This document shows positions 1-9,567 of a stretch of 64,000 nt of DNA, piece after piece; the first letter of the stretch is position 1, and each line of letters starts with the position of its first letter. Location: IMG/VR virus record IMGVR_UViG_3300024269_000002; one strand, 5' to 3'. Made by a program: the position numbers and the translations under genes. Source of the stretch: a virus. Its lineage: Duplodnaviria > Heunggongvirae > Uroviricota > Caudoviricetes. A model generated the notes under the pieces. The model was not told the DNA's origin. It did not search any database and saw only the letters and a program-made list of their open reading frames with translations.

Positions 1-597
1 ACCGATCTGTATGATCGAGTTAAGGACATTGAGTTCTGTGTCATGGGAATCGGCGACTTGGCTTGTGATGATTCTCCTATTCAGATGTCTCAGTTTGAAT
101 CCGATATTCGTATCGCTGAGCACATGGATAAGGTATACTTTGAATACGGCGGCGGTGGTAACAACTTTGAATCTTATACTGCTGCCTGGTACATGGGTGC
201 ACGTCATACGAAGCTGGACTGCTGGAATAGAGGTAAGAAGGGCATCATTATCACGCTTGGTGACGAGCGGTTGAATCCTTACCTGCCCTCCAGAAAGCTG
301 ATTGCTGAAACTGGTGACAGTCTCCAGGGAGATATTGAGACTCGTGATCTGTATCCTGAAGTTTGCGAGAAGTTTGATGTTTACCACATCGATGTGGATC
401 ATCGTAGTTATCGTGACGACGGCATCACTCCTTCCTGGAAGAAGTACATGGATGAGGATCATTACAAGAGCGTATCCCTGAATGCTGTCAAGGATACAAT
501 TGTGGATATGATTCTGCACGCTATTGGAACTGTTGCTCCTGCAGTTGTTGAGGAGCCTGTTATTCAGCAGAATGAAAACGGTGAGATTGTGTGGTGA
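1..597 (+). CDS. vWA-domain protein, 5'-truncated by window edge
   Basis: Frame open from base 1; GIGD..CD..P.Q.SQFE, EYGGGGN..ESY and IITLGDE motifs typical of vWA proteins found beside PurA-like genes. Confidence 0.6.
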   Translation, partial: TDLYDRVKDIEFCVMGIGDLACDDSPIQMSQFESDIRIAEHMDKVYFEYGGGGNNFESYTAAWYMGARHTKLDCWNRGKKGIIITLGDERLNPYLPSRKLIAETGDSLQGDIETRDLYPEVCEKFDVYHIDVDHRSYRDDGITPSWKKYMDEDHYKSVSLNAVKDTIVDMILHAIGTVAPAVVEEPVIQQNENGEIVW

Positions 598-604
598 CAT
601 TTAA

Positions 605-1783
605 GTGACTGATATCAAAGTTGTTGTAGGTGCAAACTTTGGCGATGAGGGTAAGGGCTTGATGACGGATTATTTCTGCCATCAAGCTACTTCCAAGAAT
701 AAGAGCTGTATCGTTGTTATGAGTAACGGTGGCGCACAGCGAGGTCATACTGTTAATCTTCTAGACGGTAAGCGTCATGTATTCAAGCACTTCGGAGCAG
801 GAACGATGGTTGGTGCAGACACATATTGCCCTACAGAGTTCATCTTGAATCCTATGGAGTTTGTTCGCGAATATGAGGACCTGCTACAACTGGGATATCG
901 TCCTCACGTCTATGTCGAGTCGCTGTGTAGATGGACTACACCTTTCGACATGATCATAAATCAGATTGTTGAGGCAGTTCGAGAAGACAAAAAACATGGT
1001 AGTTGTGGTATGGGTATCTGGGAAACGGTTTACAGATATCAAACCAAACCAGTGTTCTGGACCATCTTCGAATTCAATCAGTTGCCTCATCATAACAAAG
1101 TTGACTACCTCGAAAATATCAGAGATGTATATCTTCCTGCAAGACTGAAGGAACATGGTGTAACTGACATTCCTTCTGAATGGAAAGAAATCCTGGAATC
1201 TCCTATTCTGATTGATAACTATATCAATGATATCAAGCTGTTTGTTTCAGCTGTTACAAGAGTGACAAGACCTATCTTGAAGAACTATGATTCAGTTGTA
1301 TTTGAGAACGGTCAAGGTTTGCTGTTGGATGGAAATTGTACATTCTATGGAGACAATACAACTCCGAGTAATACAGGAATCATCAATGCATGTCGTAGAA
1401 TCAATGCACAGTTTGATCAAGCAAACGTTGAATTCTGTTATGTCACCAGAACTTACATGACTCGTCACGGAGCTGGTAGATTTGTAACAGAATGTGACAA
1501 GAGCTTGATCAATGCTTCTATGGTTGATGAAACAAACGGTTGGAATGAATTTCAGGACAGTCTCCGATATGGTCAGCTCGATATCGGCAATCTGAAATGC
1601 CGAATTGAAAACAATGTGCTCAATGCACAAGATCTGAAATTCCAGTACAAGACAAGTGTTGCAGTTACACACACGAATGAACATCAGCTGGACTATTCTC
1701 AGCTTCGTACAAAGATCATTGGAGATGTGTACACCTCTGATTCTAGAATCAGAGATTCTGTTAAGCTCTTCACAGAGTTTTAA
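605..1783 (+). CDS. purA: Adenylosuccinate synthetase-like protein
   Basis: VVVGANFGDEGKG, NGGAQRGHTV, FENGQGLLLD and TRTYMTRHGAG motifs. Confidence 0.85.
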   Translation: MTDIKVVVGANFGDEGKGLMTDYFCHQATSKNKSCIVVMSNGGAQRGHTVNLLDGKRHVFKHFGAGTMVGADTYCPTEFILNPMEFVREYEDLLQLGYRPHVYVESLCRWTTPFDMIINQIVEAVREDKKHGSCGMGIWETVYRYQTKPVFWTIFEFNQLPHHNKVDYLENIRDVYLPARLKEHGVTDIPSEWKEILESPILIDNYINDIKLFVSAVTRVTRPILKNYDSVVFENGQGLLLDGNCTFYGDNTTPSNTGIINACRRINAQFDQANVEFCYVTRTYMTRHGAGRFVTECDKSLINASMVDETNGWNEFQDSLRYGQLDIGNLKCRIENNVLNAQDLKFQYKTSVAVTHTNEHQLDYSQLRTKIIGDVYTSDSRIRDSVKLFTEF

Positions 1784-1793
1784 GGAGTAATGC

Positions 1794-1991
1794 ATGATTC
1801 AACTGTACGGATTTCAAGTATATGTACAAACGGATTCAGGAAACTGGATTGCCGATGTATTCCGAGTATTTTCTTCCTCTGTTCATATGGCACAGTTTGC
1901 TCTTGAGGAGAGTCTCGAGAAAAGATATATGGATTACTTCATCGAGGAATCCTGGTTGATCTATCCTGAAGAAGGTTTAGTTCTACTCTAA
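1794..1991 (+). CDS. Hypothetical protein
   Basis: AAGGAG RBS, tightly packed in operon. Confidence 0.6.
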   Translation: MIQLYGFQVYVQTDSGNWIADVFRVFSSSVHMAQFALEESLEKRYMDYFIEESWLIYPEEGLVLL

Positions 1992-2000
1992 GGGGTAAGT

Positions 2001-2552
2001 ATGAAGAATACTATTGTTGTAAATCTATTTGGTGCTCCAGGTGCAGGCAAAAGCACAGGCGCTGCATACATCTTCGCTCGTTTAAAGATGAACGGTGTCG
2101 ATGCTGAACTTGTAACAGAATTTGCAAAAGATAAAGTGTGGGAAGAGAATCCTGCACCGTTTAAGAATCAGGCATACATGTTTGGAAAGCAATCCTACAA
2201 GATTGGACGGTGTGCAGGAAAAGTCGATGTCATTGTAACTGACTCACCACTTCCTCTATCTATCTATTACAACAATGAGGAGCGTCTCACTGAGAACTTT
2301 GACCGAACAGTTATGGATGTGTTCTGCTCTTACATTAACATGAATTATCTATTAACTCGTGTTAAGCCGTACAATCCAAACGGTAGACATCAAACCGAGT
2401 CTGAGTCCAATCAAGTTGCAGAAGAACTCAAAACTTTGTTGGACAACCAAGGAATTCCGTATACTCTCGCTGACGGAGACAAGGACGGATATGATGAAAT
2501 TGTTCTGGACGTAATTGGTGAGTTGCGAAACCTCGGCGTAATCAAGGATTAA
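2001..2552 (+). CDS. NadR/Ttd14-like AAA_28 P-loop kinase
   Basis: NLFGAPGAGKST Walker A, ELVTEFAK, IVTDSPL, PNGR. Confidence 0.75.
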   Translation: MKNTIVVNLFGAPGAGKSTGAAYIFARLKMNGVDAELVTEFAKDKVWEENPAPFKNQAYMFGKQSYKIGRCAGKVDVIVTDSPLPLSIYYNNEERLTENFDRTVMDVFCSYINMNYLLTRVKPYNPNGRHQTESESNQVAEELKTLLDNQGIPYTLADGDKDGYDEIVLDVIGELRNLGVIKD

Positions 2553-2562
2553 CAAACAAGAT

Positions 2563-2598
2563 AAAAGACGCTAGTTGATTATTCGACTAGCGTCTTTT
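2563..2598 (+). terminator. Intrinsic terminator hairpin overlapping the next promoter
   Basis: AAAAGACGCTAGTTGA-TTAT-TCGACTAGCGTCTTTT inverted repeat. Confidence 0.7.
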
Positions 2599-2603
2599 AT
2601 AAT
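2573..2603 (+). promoter_or_regulatory. Conserved phage sigma-A-type promoter (first of about 23 copies)
   Basis: AGTTGA-N19-TATAAT, i.e. TTGAtt-17-TATAAT; recurs before most operons. Confidence 0.8.
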
Positions 2604-2635
2604 ATGCACATAGAGTACAAATATCGAGGTATACT

Positions 2636-3121
2636 ATGATTAAGATTCGTACAAACGTGTTTGAGACTAATAGCTCAAGTTCACACAGTATTACAATCCC
2701 GTATCCTCTGCAGTTAGAGGAAAACAAGATGGAAATCAATGATGAGGGATACATCGAAGTTTCTCTGAGTCAGTTCTGTCACTGGGAACATGACACTCAG
2801 ATGGATCGTTTAGCGTGGTTGGTTCAACTTTTAGCTAATGAGAAGCTCGGTTACAATCCTTTCTGGTATCATCGAAATGACGATGAATGGCATGAACTTG
2901 CCGAAAAGCTCTATGAAACAGATGAGTTTCAGGAGCTCAGTGCAGAGATTGCTGACTATGCAAACTGCAAAGGAATCATACTTGCTGAGCTAACTTCAGG
3001 ATACATTGATCATGACTCCAATTACGAGAGTATGAAGGCTTTCTTGTTGCAGTATGATGTTGATGCAGCAGGGTTTGTTTTCGGCGCTGATATTGGCATG
3101 GTCTTTGAATTTAATGGTTGA
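2636..3121 (+). CDS. FETNSSS-motif protein 1
   Basis: N-terminus MIKIRTNVFETNSSSSHSI; GYIDHDS near C-terminus. Confidence 0.85.
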   Translation: MIKIRTNVFETNSSSSHSITIPYPLQLEENKMEINDEGYIEVSLSQFCHWEHDTQMDRLAWLVQLLANEKLGYNPFWYHRNDDEWHELAEKLYETDEFQELSAEIADYANCKGIILAELTSGYIDHDSNYESMKAFLLQYDVDAAGFVFGADIGMVFEFNG

Positions 3122-3135
3122 GGAGGCTACAACAA

Positions 3136-3642
3136 ATGATCAAAGTAAGACAAAATTGTTTTGAAACAAACAGTTCAAGTACACACGCAATCTGTATTCC
3201 TGACTCGCTATTTTACACTCCTAAACATGTTGACTTCGGTATCGGCGAATGGGGATGGAGTGTAGATAATCCAGCACCTGAAGATTATCTCTATACAGCC
3301 ATTCTTGAATTGTACGGAGACAATGAAGATCAGCTTCAAGAAAAACTTAACATTCTCAAAACAATGTTGACTAACAACGGTATTTCCTTCTCTTTTTCAA
3401 AACCGCATTGGAGTGGTGACGATAAGTGGCGATACCTCGAATATGGTGGCATTGATCACAGTGGTGAATTATCAGAACTGGTAGAGGATCTACTGAACAA
3501 TGAGGAACTTTTGCTAAAATATCTTGCAGGAGCAGAGATTTGTACAGGAAACGACAACTCGGATTATTCCTATGATGCTCCTAACAAGCTGTATGATGAT
3601 AAGGCAGCTCAAGGATGGCGTTGTTACTGGAAAGGCAACTAA
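3136..3642 (+). CDS. FETNSSS-motif protein 2
   Basis: AGGAGG RBS; MIKVRQNCFETNSSSTHAI; GGIDHSG, TGNDN. Confidence 0.85.
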   Translation: MIKVRQNCFETNSSSTHAICIPDSLFYTPKHVDFGIGEWGWSVDNPAPEDYLYTAILELYGDNEDQLQEKLNILKTMLTNNGISFSFSKPHWSGDDKWRYLEYGGIDHSGELSELVEDLLNNEELLLKYLAGAEICTGNDNSDYSYDAPNKLYDDKAAQGWRCYWKGN

Positions 3643-3645
3643 CAA

Positions 3646-3831
3646 ATGAGTAAAATTCCTGAACTGCTTCGACAGCTTGCAGACGAGCTTGAACACGAGG
3701 AGATGCAGAAAGAAGTCAATCTTGAGACACGATTTCTTGAAGTGAACGATAGGGTTTCCGATGTTGCTGTTCGAGCGCACAACAATGAAGATAAATTGCA
3801 TAGGATCGGAAAGATTCTGATGGAGGATTGA
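3646..3831 (+). CDS. Hypothetical coiled-coil protein
   Basis: Packed ORF in operon. Confidence 0.6.
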   Translation: MSKIPELLRQLADELEHEEMQKEVNLETRFLEVNDRVSDVAVRAHNNEDKLHRIGKILMED

Positions 3832-3838
3832 ATTACAT

Positions 3839-4402
3839 ATGATTCAGATGAGACAGAATTGTTTTGAAACAAATAGTAGCTCCTCTCACAGTCTTGTTAT
3901 CACTAACAAAGACAACGGCAGATATACTCCTGAGGAAGCATTGAAAGAACTGCACTGGATGAAAGACGGCTGGTGGGAGCCTTGGGGGAAGCTGTACTTT
4001 GGTAGAGCTCCGTTCCAAGTACTTTCGTCCTTTGAGGAAAAGTTGCGTTATGTTTATGCTCACACGCCATTCAGAGTGAGACCTTCAAAGAGACATGAGT
4101 GGAATAACTACAGTGCTCAGTATTGGCGTATTTCCAGACGCATAAGCAAGATTATTCCTGAGTTCAAGGGCATTCGTGTTCGAAGAGGAACTTCTGTTGG
4201 AACAGATGATCATTGCTTGTGGGGTTGGCTGGATAAGGCTAACATCACTCTTGAGGAGTTCCTCATGAATAAAAACATCATTGTTATCTGTGACGGTGAT
4301 GAATACTGCATCTGGACAGACATGAAGAAGCTTGGTCTTGTAACTAGAGACAACATCAAGCTGGCTATTCCTGAACGAGAATGGTGGGAGGATGAGGAAT
4401 GA
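3839..4402 (+). CDS. FETNSSS-motif protein 3
   Basis: MIQMRQNCFETNSSSSHSL; ICDGDE. Confidence 0.85.
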   Translation: MIQMRQNCFETNSSSSHSLVITNKDNGRYTPEEALKELHWMKDGWWEPWGKLYFGRAPFQVLSSFEEKLRYVYAHTPFRVRPSKRHEWNNYSAQYWRISRRISKIIPEFKGIRVRRGTSVGTDDHCLWGWLDKANITLEEFLMNKNIIVICDGDEYCIWTDMKKLGLVTRDNIKLAIPEREWWEDEE

Positions 4403-4692
4403 CTGTTCAAGAATACACAACAATCAAAACAATAATCTACGCATGTTCAACAGCTGTTTATGATAATGGTCAGCGTGTTCCTTATGCAGATACTGACAGA
4501 GTCATTGCAAGTTTGGACAAGATCTTTGCGGATGAACTTGGAGTGGAGCACGAATTGATGCTTCGAAGACTCTGGCAAGATCAGGATGAAGCAAAAAGAG
4601 AACTTGAGAAGCAGAACAAAGTTGAAGAGGCTACTGAGGAAAAATCTTCAGCGGCAAACTTCTTGATGAAAATTATTCGAGGGAGTAAGTGA
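4399..4692 (+). CDS. Hypothetical protein
   Basis: ATGA overlap with upstream gene. Confidence 0.65.
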   Translation: MTVQEYTTIKTIIYACSTAVYDNGQRVPYADTDRVIASLDKIFADELGVEHELMLRRLWQDQDEAKRELEKQNKVEEATEEKSSAANFLMKIIRGSK

Positions 4693-4693
4693 C

Positions 4694-5113
4694 ATGATTA
4701 AAGTACGGCAAAGTACATTTGAAACAAATAGTTCTTCTACGCATACTATTACCATTGTAACTGAAGAGGAATACAATGGTTGGGAAGAGGGAAAATATCT
4801 TCTGGAATACTGGTCTGATAAACTTGTTCCTGCTAGACAACTGACAGAACAAGAGAAAGATGCAGCAAGAGAAGAGTACGAAGCAACAAGAAAGTCCTAT
4901 TATCACAGCTGGGATGAACTTGATGAATACGGTAAGAATCAAGTATACGGTGAGTACAGCGCAAAGCTGATGGGTAACAACAAGAATCTACTAACTCTCA
5001 AGCAGTGGGAAGAAAGATGCGCTGATCGTGGTATGGACACTTCTGTTGTTAGTCATACTACAAAGAGTGGGGACCGTATTGTTGTTTTCGGATACGGCGG
5101 ATACGACGGTTAA
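4694..5113 (+). CDS. FETNSSS-motif protein 4
   Basis: MIKVRQSTFETNSSSTHTI; ends GDRIVVFGYGGYDG. Confidence 0.85.
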   Translation: MIKVRQSTFETNSSSTHTITIVTEEEYNGWEEGKYLLEYWSDKLVPARQLTEQEKDAAREEYEATRKSYYHSWDELDEYGKNQVYGEYSAKLMGNNKNLLTLKQWEERCADRGMDTSVVSHTTKSGDRIVVFGYGGYDG

Positions 5114-5122
5114 GGAGTAAAA

Positions 5123-5539
5123 ATGATTCAGGTAAGACAAGATGTGTTTGAAACCAATTCAAGCTCAACTCATTCCATCACTGTTACAACTGAAGACACT
5201 TACAATGCATGGCGCAAGGGTCTTGTAAAGTTTAACGAGTGGAGCGATCAATTCACTGCAAGAAAACAGATGACAGATGAAGATCGTGAAGCATGTAAAC
5301 AGGAATATGAGGCTAACAAGCCATCCTACTACAAGGATTGGGAAAATCTGTCTCAAGCTGATAAACAGCTTCAGTACGCCATCTGGGAGCGCAAGCATCT
5401 GGAAACTGATGACAGTGACTTCAAAACATACGAACAGTGGAGAGACAGCCATTCAGGGTGTGAATTCAGTGAGGTACATTATACAACCGAGCATGGCGAT
5501 AAGATTGTTGCTTTCGGCTGCGGTGGGTATGATGGTTAA
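5123..5539 (+). CDS. FETNSSS-motif protein 5
   Basis: MIQVRQDVFETNSSSTHSI; ends GDKIVAFGCGGYDG. Confidence 0.85.
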   Translation: MIQVRQDVFETNSSSTHSITVTTEDTYNAWRKGLVKFNEWSDQFTARKQMTDEDREACKQEYEANKPSYYKDWENLSQADKQLQYAIWERKHLETDDSDFKTYEQWRDSHSGCEFSEVHYTTEHGDKIVAFGCGGYDG

Positions 5540-5553
5540 CTAAGGAGAGTGAT

Positions 5554-5925
5554 ATGATCAAGGTTAGACAACAAGTATTTGAAACAAACTCAAGTTCTAC
5601 TCATTCTATAACGATGTGCATGGAAGATTCTTTCTTGAAGTGGAAAAACGGTGAAGTTGTATTCAACCGTTACACGGAAGAATTTTTACCTCTTGAGGCA
5701 GTGTTTGAGCAGATTGAAAAAGAGCATGGACCTGATTCAGTGGAGTCACTGAAAGCAAACAAAGACAGTGACTGGGATGCATTTGTTGAAGAGCTTGCAG
5801 AGTGGGACTGGTACACTTTTAGAAGCTTTAGAAGTGAACTGTGCTATGAGCATTTCAGCGACAGCTATACTACTCCATCTGGCGACAAGGTATATGCGTT
5901 CGGATATTATGGTTCAGATTACTAA
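5554..5925 (+). CDS. FETNSSS-motif protein 6
   Basis: MIKVRQQVFETNSSSTHSI; ends GDKVYAFGYYGSDY. Confidence 0.85.
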   Translation: MIKVRQQVFETNSSSTHSITMCMEDSFLKWKNGEVVFNRYTEEFLPLEAVFEQIEKEHGPDSVESLKANKDSDWDAFVEELAEWDWYTFRSFRSELCYEHFSDSYTTPSGDKVYAFGYYGSDY

Positions 5926-5934
5926 GGAGCTACA

Positions 5935-6462
5935 ATGACACAATTCATATGCATTTCAGGCAAGGCTCAACATGGTAAAGATACAACAGCGAGCATCATG
6001 TACAAAGAGATGACGGAATCTGGTAAAAAAGTTCTGATTGTTCACTATGCAGATTTACTGAAGTACATCTGTAAAACCTGGTTTGGTTGGAATGGTGAGA
6101 AGGATGACTTCGGAAGAACTCTTCTACAGAAAGTTGGAACTGACGTTGTCCGAAATAAGCGTCCTGATTTCTGGGTAGACTTTGTTCTTGATATGGTTAA
6201 CTTGTTCGAAAATGAATGGGATTACATCATCATTCCAGATACTCGTTTTCCGAATGAACTATATAAGCTTAAGAACAGTGGCTATCCAATGACTCACATT
6301 CGTGTTGTTAGAACTGACTTTGAAAGTCCTCTGTCACTAGAACAGCAGTCACATATCAGTGAAACAGCACTAGACAACGAAGTTCCTGATATCTTCTTGA
6401 TCAATGAAGGCACACTGGAACAACTTGTACGTGATGTACATGAGCTTGTTAAACAACTGTAA
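5935..6462 (+). CDS. Deoxynucleoside monophosphate kinase
   Basis: ISGKAQHGKDT P-loop, RTLLQKVGTD, IIPDTRFPNE, HISE motifs of phage dNMP kinases. Confidence 0.8.
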   Translation: MTQFICISGKAQHGKDTTASIMYKEMTESGKKVLIVHYADLLKYICKTWFGWNGEKDDFGRTLLQKVGTDVVRNKRPDFWVDFVLDMVNLFENEWDYIIIPDTRFPNELYKLKNSGYPMTHIRVVRTDFESPLSLEQQSHISETALDNEVPDIFLINEGTLEQLVRDVHELVKQL

Positions 6463-6546
6463 TAAAAACATGGCAGATCAAGTTGATTGATCTGCCATTA
6501 CTTATTATAATAATGTTGTAAAATAAATGAAGAGGATGTGTCAGAT

Positions 6547-6876
6547 ATGAAAAAGCGTCATGCTGTTATCTATCAGATCAAAGATATTGGAAGTGTTGAT
6601 TATGCATTCCGAGCATTTGATCCGAAGAAGTTCTCGTTCAAGGACTACAAGAAGGTATATGAACTTGACGTTGATGCAGATGGCAAGCTCTATACCGATA
6701 TCCTGGAAGAATTGTTCAGCTTGTTCAACGATTACTTCCGCAGACCTGCTGATTTTGAGGGTCATTCGATGAGCGTTTCTGATGTGGTTGTCCTTGACGA
6801 CAAGGCATACTACTGTGACGCGTTTGCTTGGTCCAACATGGGGGATATGAATGAAGTCATTCGAAACTATCCTTAA
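6547..6876 (+). CDS. YodL-like protein
   Basis: IYQI, LF..FN...P.DF.GHSMSVSDVV, YYCD.F motifs. Confidence 0.75.
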   Translation: MKKRHAVIYQIKDIGSVDYAFRAFDPKKFSFKDYKKVYELDVDADGKLYTDILEELFSLFNDYFRRPADFEGHSMSVSDVVVLDDKAYYCDAFAWSNMGDMNEVIRNYP

Positions 6877-7147
6877 CCGGATGCGAGAGCAAGAAATAGC
6901 TCTGCAAGAGGGTGAGAAGATCGTTCTTCCTCTTGATGAGTTATATGTAGAGCTCAACGGAGAACGTTATCCTGGTAGAATCTTCACTGAAGAGGGAATC
7001 ATTGTTACTCTACAGCCTGTAGATGATAACTACAGTGAAACAGGATTTGCAAATCATCCTGTAATCTGGAAAATAAAGTCATCTTTCGGTACTTGGTTAA
7101 GTAACGGCACGATTGCACATTTCACTGAATTTTACATTGTTAGATAG
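6851..7147 (+). CDS. Hypothetical protein
   Basis: ORF in operon. Confidence 0.55.
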   Translation: MKSFETILNRMREQEIALQEGEKIVLPLDELYVELNGERYPGRIFTEEGIIVTLQPVDDNYSETGFANHPVIWKIKSSFGTWLSNGTIAHFTEFYIVR

Positions 7148-7160
7148 GAGTTGATTCAAT

Positions 7161-8066
7161 TTGAGTAACTGGGTACATTATCAGAACGGCAACTACAATG
7201 TTCATCTGAATCTGGACAACGGAACAAAGATTCGTGAAAATGATCTCGATTTCTTTGCTCCTGCATATCCTGAAAGTATGGACATCAAGATTACAAACAT
7301 GTGCAATATGGGATGCAGTTTTTGTCATGAAAACTCCACTCCTGACGGCTTGCATGGAGACATCATGAACCTGGAGTTCATCGATACTCTGCATCCGTAT
7401 ACTGAGCTGGCAATCGGCGGTGGTAATCCCCTTGAACATCCTGACCTGGAAGCATTCCTGCGTAAGTGTAAGGAATTATCTTTGATTCCCAGTATGACTG
7501 TTCATCAGCGACACTTTATGGAGAACTTGGAATTTCTCAAGATGCTTCGAGATGAGAAACTGATCTACGGTTTGGGTGTATCTGTAACAGTTGTTACTCC
7601 TGAGCTCATCGAAGCATTGAAGGAGTTCCCCAATGCGGTTGTGCATGTAATCGCTGGTGTTGTCACACAATACACTCTGAAGAGTTTGGCTGGTAACAAC
7701 CTCAAAATTCTGCTGTTAGGATACAAGGATTTCCGTCGTGGCGCTGACATGCACAAGAAGCTTGGAGATGCTATCGAAGAAAGCATTGAGATGCTGTTTA
7801 ACTTGTTGCCCAAGATGAAAGAAGAGCGTTGGTTCAACACCATCAGCTTCGACAATCTGGCAATCAAACAGTTAACTCCTGCTCGCTTGCTGACTCCTGA
7901 ACAGTATGAGCAGTTCTATATGGGTGATGATGGTTCTCATACTATGTATATCGACTGCGTAAACAAGAAGTTTGCAATCAGTTCCACTTCCTCCACTACA
8001 TATGATATTCTTCTGGATATCAAGGACATGTTTCAGAAAGTTCGTGAGGTAAGCGGACATGATTAA
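7161..8066 (+). CDS. Radical SAM protein
   Basis: CxxxCxxC (CNMGCSFC) and GGGNPL motif; AGGAG RBS, TTG start. Confidence 0.9.
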   Translation: MSNWVHYQNGNYNVHLNLDNGTKIRENDLDFFAPAYPESMDIKITNMCNMGCSFCHENSTPDGLHGDIMNLEFIDTLHPYTELAIGGGNPLEHPDLEAFLRKCKELSLIPSMTVHQRHFMENLEFLKMLRDEKLIYGLGVSVTVVTPELIEALKEFPNAVVHVIAGVVTQYTLKSLAGNNLKILLLGYKDFRRGADMHKKLGDAIEESIEMLFNLLPKMKEERWFNTISFDNLAIKQLTPARLLTPEQYEQFYMGDDGSHTMYIDCVNKKFAISSTSSTTYDILLDIKDMFQKVREVSGHD

Positions 8067-8475
8067 CTTCCGTTCCTTCAAGGAATTAACTGAATCTACA
8101 GCACAATACCACAAAGATCTGTTAATTCTTGAAAACAATCTGAATGTATCTATGGAATCAAACTGGATGACGCGTATCATGGATAGTAACATTCATGCGC
8201 TTTCCAGAGCATTTCATCCCGACAAAGACTTTGAAGGGTTTTGCTACCAAGAGCTAACCTCTGTGCAAGTAGAAAAGATTGAGGAGTTCTTGCAATACCT
8301 GGTCTATACTTGGGATGCAGGCAAGGAGCCACCTGCGTTCATTGTTTATGAACGAACTCCTGCAATCGGAGCTCCTGTTAAGCTTGAATGTAGATCAATT
8401 GAAGATGCTTACAACATCATTGTTGATTTTGTTGAACATTTTCGAGACGATGTACTGTGGAGGCTTGAAGACTGA
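8059..8475 (+). CDS. Hypothetical protein
   Basis: Overlapping start/stop coupling. Confidence 0.6.
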   Translation: MINFRSFKELTESTAQYHKDLLILENNLNVSMESNWMTRIMDSNIHALSRAFHPDKDFEGFCYQELTSVQVEKIEEFLQYLVYTWDAGKEPPAFIVYERTPAIGAPVKLECRSIEDAYNIIVDFVEHFRDDVLWRLED

Positions 8476-8972
8476 TGAATGTAATCTTTCTTGATATTGA
8501 CGGAGTATTGAATTCACAAGAGACTGAGGAGCGTTGCAACGGAGTTATCGGTATTGACTCCGACAAAGTTGCACGACTTGCAAAAATCGTAACTTCTAAC
8601 AATGCAATTCTGTTACTCACATCTTCCTGGAGACTCCACTGGTGGAAGAAAGAAAAAGACGATGACGAACAGTATCCTCTTGGAGAGTATCTCGATAAGA
8701 AGCTTGCGGAACACGGATTGAAGATCCATGATACTGTTCCGTATGCAGGCTTTGACAGAGGTAAGGCAATTCTGAACTGGCTCAATAACACTGACATTGT
8801 TGTTAACAAGTTTATCATACTTGATGATGAATTGTTTGACTACGGTGCTGAAGATGTTCGCTTGCTGGGACATGTTGTAAAGACATCGTTCTACAACAAG
8901 GATGGAGGACTTCAGGATCTTCATGTTGTAGAAGCAAATAGAAAGTTCAAGAAACAAGTTGATAGATCTTAA
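8475..8972 (+). CDS. HAD phosphatase (Swiss-Army-Knife RNA-repair type)
   Basis: VIFLDIDGVLN, LTSSWR, RG.AI..WL, FIILDD. Confidence 0.75.
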   Translation: MNVIFLDIDGVLNSQETEERCNGVIGIDSDKVARLAKIVTSNNAILLLTSSWRLHWWKKEKDDDEQYPLGEYLDKKLAEHGLKIHDTVPYAGFDRGKAILNWLNNTDIVVNKFIILDDELFDYGAEDVRLLGHVVKTSFYNKDGGLQDLHVVEANRKFKKQVDRS

Positions 8973-9014
8973 CAGGTCTATTATAATATGAAATGTAAAT
9001 AATAAATAGAGGAG

Positions 9015-9347
9015 ATGATGAAAATGCGTTACAAGTTCTACATCGGCGGTAACAAGGTTGTCTGTGTGTCTTCTTACGCAAAGCGAGCCGTTCGAGGTGT
9101 TGCTAAGTGTAACATGGAGCAGGACACTTTTGAGCCTGAAACCGGCAAGAAGCTTGCTCAGCTGCGCTGCGACAGGGCAATTGCTGTTAAGCGGCACAAG
9201 AGAGCAAGTGAACAGTATCTGGCTGCCATGAAGGCATATGAAGATGCCGAAAAGAACATGCTCAAAATGCGAAAGTATTTTGAGGACTCTGGTGATGAGC
9301 TGGCTGCTGCCGATAAGGCTCTGACTGAGTTTGAATCCAGCATCTAA
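9015..9347 (+). CDS. Hypothetical phage protein
   Basis: Promoter at 8957 and GAGGAG RBS; GVAKC...D.F....GKKLA motif. Confidence 0.7.
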   Translation: MMKMRYKFYIGGNKVVCVSSYAKRAVRGVAKCNMEQDTFEPETGKKLAQLRCDRAIAVKRHKRASEQYLAAMKAYEDAEKNMLKMRKYFEDSGDELAAADKALTEFESSI

Positions 9348-9484
9348 TTCATGTATAACTAATTAACCGAATGAGGTGACATAGAGCTCTGTGTAGTGCG
9401 AGCAGAGATAACTGAGACGGAAGGGGAGCCCGACAGCTCATGATTCCTACAACGCACTTATTCGGTTAATATCGCACAACTTAT

Positions 9485-9567
9485 GCGGGTATGGTGGAAT
9501 TGGCAGACGCGCCGGATTTAGGTTCCGGTGGGCAACCGTTCGAGTTCGAGTCTCGATACCCGCACCA
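9485..9567 (+). tRNA. tRNA-Leu(TAG)
   Basis: Cloverleaf, loop TT-TAG-GT, long V-arm, CCA. Confidence 0.95.

Noticed and set aside
605-1783. PurZ (2-aminoadenine Z-genome) assignment
   Set aside because: Catalytic motif is GDEGKG with Asp, whereas PurZ has Ser there; no DatZ or MazZ recognised nearby.
9410-9455. SAM-I riboswitch-like segment
   Set aside because: Only loose resemblance; the P1 ATC/GAT core is missing and the downstream gene is a tRNA.
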